Source: Somniosus microcephalus (taxonomy: Eukaryota). Taken from it: a DNA stretch of 64,000 nt. A program made the position numbers and the translations under genes. Shown piece by piece: positions 22,509 through 64,000 of the stretch; within the stretch, counting starts at the first letter, position 1, and every line of letters begins with the position of its first letter. Under the pieces are notes generated by a model. It was not told the origin of the DNA. It was given only the letters and a program-made list of their open reading frames with translations, and made no database searches. Location of the stretch: assembly GCA_052327205.1 (NCBI GenBank), contig CM126223.1, positions 43,028,001 to 43,092,000 of the forward strand, written 5' to 3'.

Positions 22509-25500
22509 CTAATACTTGTTGCTTTCTACCCTTTAGCCAATTTCTTATCCATTCCCAGGATTTACTCTAAATACCTGCACTTTGAGTTAACTTTGTGCAA
22601 CTTTGTAAAATGGTTTTCCAAGTCTAGATACACTACACTAAGGGCGTCCCACAGTCTGCGTGAATTGTCACTTCCTCAGAGATTGGTCAGGATCTTTTCC
22701 TTCTGAAAGGCATCAAAAAGGGCAATTATTCTTTATGAATGTACATGACATGCATTTAATTGATTAGGTTTCACTCCTTTCGTGGCTCAGCTGAGAGCCA
22801 GCAAAATTTGTCCATTCAAGAGTAATAGGTTTAAACTACACTAGAAACTGGGATTCTAAACTTCACTCTGAACAGGAATTCCGTGATTGACCAATAGAAC
22901 TACCCGGGTAAGAGTGTATTTAAATAACGGTGTGCGATATTCATGGCAAGCAGTGATTAATTTGAGACAACGGCTCTGCTTGACGCAGCAAAATTAACAA
23001 TAATGGTCATAGAATAGATGGAGGATCCTAACTGGGGCCGTGTGATGAAATGCTTATGTAGGACAGTGTTGTCCAATAGAAATTGGTGACTAGACACAAG
23101 TGTGGCTATGGCAACACTATTTCAGCCACATGCACTAACTTTAGTAGAAAATGCCGTAGACATTCACACAATACAGGTACATATACTTCACAAGGTGTAT
23201 ATTTTCTTAAAACATCTACCACCATTCAGTACTCAAGGAAGTAAAATGCTCCATGTTCAAAAAACATTTGCACACTCTGCTTTTCCTCTTACCATTTTAC
23301 CAACAAACTCACAAGTGTACAGGCATACGCCGTGCAAATATGAATATCGAAATCACATGTCCAACAAAGGTGTCAATCACTCATTTAAAACATTTTAATC
23401 AGAAATGCAATTAGCCGCATCTGGATTCCCAATTAGCCAGACGTGTCTAGTGGTTAATGTATTGGACAACACTGATGCAGGATAAAATAACCTTAGTTTG
23501 TTAGAAGGTCACACACAAATATTTAATCGCCATAGTATCACGCAGTTTACCATTTAGGATTCCATTTTGTATAAAAGTAAATGCATTTTTATTTATTTAT
23601 TTATTATTTTTTTTATTTTTTTTAAATGGGACTTATGTATGTTACAGCTCCCAGTGCATTAGATGTTACACAATATATTGTGGGACTCCAATTCCAAACA
23701 AGTAGACTACCATAAATACAAGATTTGTGTATTTGCAATTCAGCATAATTATAATTTAGCAGAACTTGCTTTTGACAAATTTTCCATTAGTCACAGGTTC
23801 ACAGCTTCTTGCATTATCAAAAAAATCTGTTTACACATTTATTCAAGTCAGTCATTCCAGCCACTGTATTTATTGTCTTTTTAATAGTTACAGATGAACA
23901 GGTTCACTCCATATACAATTACCAGTACAGTTTTTACAGCTCGTATTACAATACATCACTGCCATTTGTTTATTTACAAAGCACTTATGTACATAAAAAT
24001 CTTCCAATTAATTCAGTGCAATGTCAATATTTTTTGTACAAGAATTTACAAAATAAGATGTAATGTAATTACTCAGATAATTTAATAAATTCTGCAGTTA
24101 TTAATGATTTAATTTAATAAAAAAAGAATATTTTTCAACCATTATATCTATAACAGACTTGTAAGAACACACAATACAGCAGTAGATTGCACTACCTTGC
24201 CCTTATTTCAGGACTGTGGCTGAGACGATGGTTTAAAATATTCATTTCTCACACAATCACTCAGGCTTTTTGTTTTAAACTCATGTATAATATAAAAAGA
24301 GGAACAATTCAGGAAACACAACTTAACGCAAAATTGCTGCTTTTGTTCGAATCATAAATGAGCACTTGTATGTTTTGTCAGGGTATTCAAAATACACCTA
24401 ACATTTAAGCGTACGATCTCTGCTTTAATGTTACTGTGTGTAGATAAAGCATGGCATGATTGATTTAGAATACCAAGCAATGAGGCACAGAATTTAGCCA
24501 TCACTTCTAGAATCAGTATGCGAGAATTGTGTAACACACTGACTGCACCTACACAAAGGAACTAAATGAAAGGAAACAGGTGGTTCTACATCACATTGTG
24601 TTTGCCAATGTTCCCCTTTAACAGAGCTTAATTAGTAGTCTTTATATGAATACATATATATATATATTTAAGACCATCTGAAGTAGCTGTAGGGTGTTGC
24701 AGTATATCAATAAAAATCACATTGGGCGGGAATTGCAATGACCTGTAAAGGTAAAACACTGTTCAATTATAGTACCTAACTCTGGAAATCAAATGTTTGT
24801 TCCAGTTTTGAATATAGTAAAATAGATCAACAAATCATCTGTTTTTGCTAACTAGATTGTTTTTTATGCCAAAAAAAAATTCTGCTTTAAAATGCATCTA
24901 GATGTATGGACGCTTTGTAGCTCAAGAAATGACATCAAATTAAAAATCCAAACTGACAGTAAAGTAAAACACAGAAATCCACTGTGCCCAAGGTATTTAT
25001 AATGTAATACAGACTTAAACAAATCATATGGTATATAGCAGTGCTGAAAATGCAGGTGAAATTTAAATGCAATACTATCAAAACCTTTAAAATCAGGTTT
25101 CTTTAGTTTCAGTCTAATGACCCAAAGATGGTTTAATCTATATTCATAATAAATATGAATTGTTAAAAGTACAGAAAATGCCAAGACCAGTGTAGCATAA
25201 TCTGACTTATACAATTCCTTTCTTGGTTTAAGGAACATGTAAATCAACGGAACAGTGAGGAAAATTCAAGAAACACAACCCAACTTTACATTACCTTTTT
25301 AATTTGCTTAAATTGGTTCAGTTCAATTCATTCTCAGTTGTGTCAAGAGTTTTAAATGGTCATGGCACATATTTTGTAACTTTTCAGGATTTTACATTAA
25401 ACAACAAAAGGAATTAGTCCTGGAGAATTTACACGAGGGTTTTAAAATATTAATTTTCCTACAACTATATAACATTAAAAATACAAGCTGAAGTAGTAGT

Positions 25501-25952
25501 TAAAAAGGTAACAAATGTAAACTGTGTTTCATGAACTATTCACTCCAAATTCACTAGGGGAAAATATAGTCGACACAGATAATTATAACTCTGTTAGAGT
25601 TAATATGCTGTAGCCCAAGTTTTAGTAGGTTTAAATTTCTTTCTGGCATGCTACCATTCTGGTCTCGTCAACACAATGCATGAAACCCAAACAGTTTAAG
25701 AAAAGGAGGTAGCAGATCGCATTGGCTGCTGATACACGTTGCAATTAACAACTGGAAAAATCAGTATTACCATCTGTTTTCAACTTCTACATGTTTTTCT
25801 TGTGCTTCATAATCACAGAAAAGGTAATTTGCAGAAGCAGTACATTTTGAGCAGAAAACCTGTCCAACCCTGAAATTCTCAACTTGGAGTGTGTTGTTGC
25901 CACATAGTCATTCTGCAATCTCATGGCATTTTGCTAATGGAAGAACACATAT

Positions 25953-61463
<35,511 letters not shown>

Positions 61464-64000
61464 CTATAATAAAAGCAGGAAAGGAACAAAAAAATCAAGA
61501 ACTGAAAGGCAACAAGCATTATTCCACAGCCACATCTATCAACAAACACTGAGAATATAAGCTGAAGCTAGTTCAAGATCCTTTCTAACAATTTATTTGG
61601 TTTAAATTAATACCCTTCTTTATACAGAAGCCATGAATTCTAACCTTCAAGATAACATTTTTGACCCATATGCACGTTTTTGGTCCCCTTCTACTATTCA
61701 ACAAGGATGGGCAAAGGGCCTGCACTTTCAATCCCACTATTTAGTTGGCAACTTAGACGTCCTTATGGACAGCCCAAGATGGCTAACCTGAAGATTTTCT
61801 GTATCTCACTATAGGGAATTAGTTAACTTCTGTTAACACCTTTCAGGATTCAGAAAATGTGCGCACAAACCTAGACTCTGCCACTCAACTGCTACACTCA
61901 TTTGGATCACAAACAGACTGCCATTGTTTCAGCTAAGTTGCACTTTTCTTCCAATGGAACTAGAGTTCTGTTCTTTTACTCAGCCACAGCTTACCTACAA
62001 GTATTAAATCTATTACAACACAGAATCACCTTGGTTAGTAAAATAGAAACCAAAAGCATAAAAGCACAATGGAACCTATTTTTGAAACAGAACGTGTCCT
62101 TGATAAATATTATTCGCCAAAGGATTTTAAACAGCTTTCAGGGCACTAGATCCAGTATATAACCATATGGAGATTATAAAAAAAATCTGCTTGTAGCATT
62201 CATTTTCTGTATTTTGGCAAAAATGTTAACGCATAACAAAAACATTGTTTTCTCAAACTACTGCACTGGCTGCACAGTTTAGAAGACAACAGCGGACTAT
62301 AATGTGACAGAATTAAAGCTGCATTGTACTTCAAACAGGAATATTTTTGGTGTCGATAAATTTTGTTAGTATTTTAGATAGATTGAATAATATGAATTTA
62401 AAATTGACTAATTAGTTGTGGTTGAAACAGACTATTCTGACTTGCTGTCAAAAGCAATATACAATATTTGAATATATCTAGATATAGCCACATTTCAGAA
62501 GGGCACGGAACATGGATGCATCTGGCCTAGCCAGCTCTCTTCAGTGACGTAATTGTCTGTATCCACAACGGCATCAGAAATTACCTCATATATTTGAAAG
62601 ATTAATGTATTCTAGCTTGTAAAATAAGAGAGACAGCAAAACTTTATCTCTAAATGGCGGAACCATCAAGGATGCAATTCTGTAGTCCAAATTCCGATAT
62701 GCATGGTGTCAGATCATTCTTTAGTATGCCCGCCAGTACTTTGTACATCTTTAATTTTAGGTACTGAAACCTGTATTTTGAAGTCCCAGAAAGGTACAAG
62801 AGCTGAGGGTTTCCCTGAAGACTTGACCTCCCTACTTTGAACACCTATTTCCACATTGAAGCTGCAAAGAGAGGCTCCACGAAAGTTCAATTATGTTTCA
62901 TCAGAAACTCAGTTAAAAGATTGTAAAAAGGACTACACAGATTTTGGACTATTATTTTTGGAACAGGTTAAAGTATTGTACAAGAGATGCATTGTACCAG
63001 AAGTTCCTGGCTGTGCTTCTCTTCTTCTGTGTAATTATCTCACTTGTAATTTTTTTTATTTTTTATATAGCTTGAAGAATATGATCTACAGTATGATACT
63101 TATCACCTTTTGAAATGGAGAGAAGAACACAGTCAGCAGTCCATGTAGTCTCCAATGTAAAATACTATAGTAAATGGGTAATTATTAGACTCATGACATA
63201 CTACGCCATTCACATTACGTGAAGATTGCAAATTTTAGTTTATAGGAGATGTGGGACTGTGGAGGAAAATGGTCTTTTTGCTGTAAACAGGAATCAAGGT
63301 TGAAAGAAAAACCTGATTTGTGTCAAATAAAGACATGGCTAAAGGTATTTAAATGTTAAACCTTTTTGATACCCTAAAATATACAAAAGTGCACTTTTAA
63401 TACATTCTAATCACCTAGTAGCTTCACTTTGTTTGATGTTGATGCATTCTCATCTGTAATGCTGTATTAATTTCTCAGTACATATTTACCCCTGAATTTT
63501 ATTCCTTGAATGACACAGTAAGCACTTCTCCCTTTTATGCAGGCATAATACAGATATTTTTTAAGTCTTCATAAGACTCTTGAGAGCAATTACAAAAATG
63601 TGCAAGTTTGAAGAGGGAAGATTGAGAAAATATTTAAAAATAAAAATGTTATTTTGGCGCCTCCAAAATTAAGCCAAGGCTCCTGGCGATATGCATTCCA
63701 AGCACAGTAGAATACTGTTGTATTCCCTGACCTCTACACTGAAAAAAAGAGCTTCAGTATGACAATGAAAGTCATTTGAATGAAATATTTATTACCACCC
63801 ACTGCTTCACAATAATCTTTCTCCCATAGCTGAGTTTTTAATCTTGCCTTCAAATTTTTAGTCCTAACTACAAGCTGATTTTTTTTTTTTTATTAAACAA
63901 CAAATTGAACCAATACATTATGCATAATGGCAATATTGAAATACCATTTCCTTAATTACATTCTCTGATATTAAATGTAACCGTGGAGTGAGTATTGGAA

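Larger units (their letters stand above)
18690..22710 (-). mobile_element. Old degenerate CR1 LINE acting as host for younger inserts
   Basis: ORF 19080-19319 gives ERDLGILVDSMLN..RPHLEYCVQFW; the remnant resumes at 21710-21970 and 22510-22710. Confidence 0.7.

Overview
Vertebrate genomic DNA, almost certainly a shark or ray, judged from HE1/V-SINE, DeuSINE-like, CR1, L2 and Penelope repeats. The right 60% holds the last 22 coding exons of USP32 on the minus strand (61463 to 25953). All splice phases are mutually consistent, the Cys and His boxes are intact, and the C-terminus ends in CaaX (CILQ). The left part is a repeat-dense region with a 500-N gap, a Helitron-type 5' end, CR1 and L2 LINE remnants, a hAT MITE and a near-complete Ty3/Gypsy provirus (9656-15348). 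It also has a CpG-rich promoter and first exon of an unidentified minus-strand transcript near 16.9 kb. The most unusual signal is a set of Penelope-derived, hammerhead-ribozyme-bearing elements. One is a ~775-bp spacer-less palindrome inserted in the Gypsy 5' LTR, with a minimal hammerhead on each strand, a fold-back point that aligns with a second hammerhead family's cleavage site, and a TATA-Inr-ribozyme-AATAAA cassette. A second, independent fold-back copy lies at 39.6-39.9 kb, and several ~100-bp solo copies are scattered through the window. All calls were made by eye; no searches or folding programs were run.
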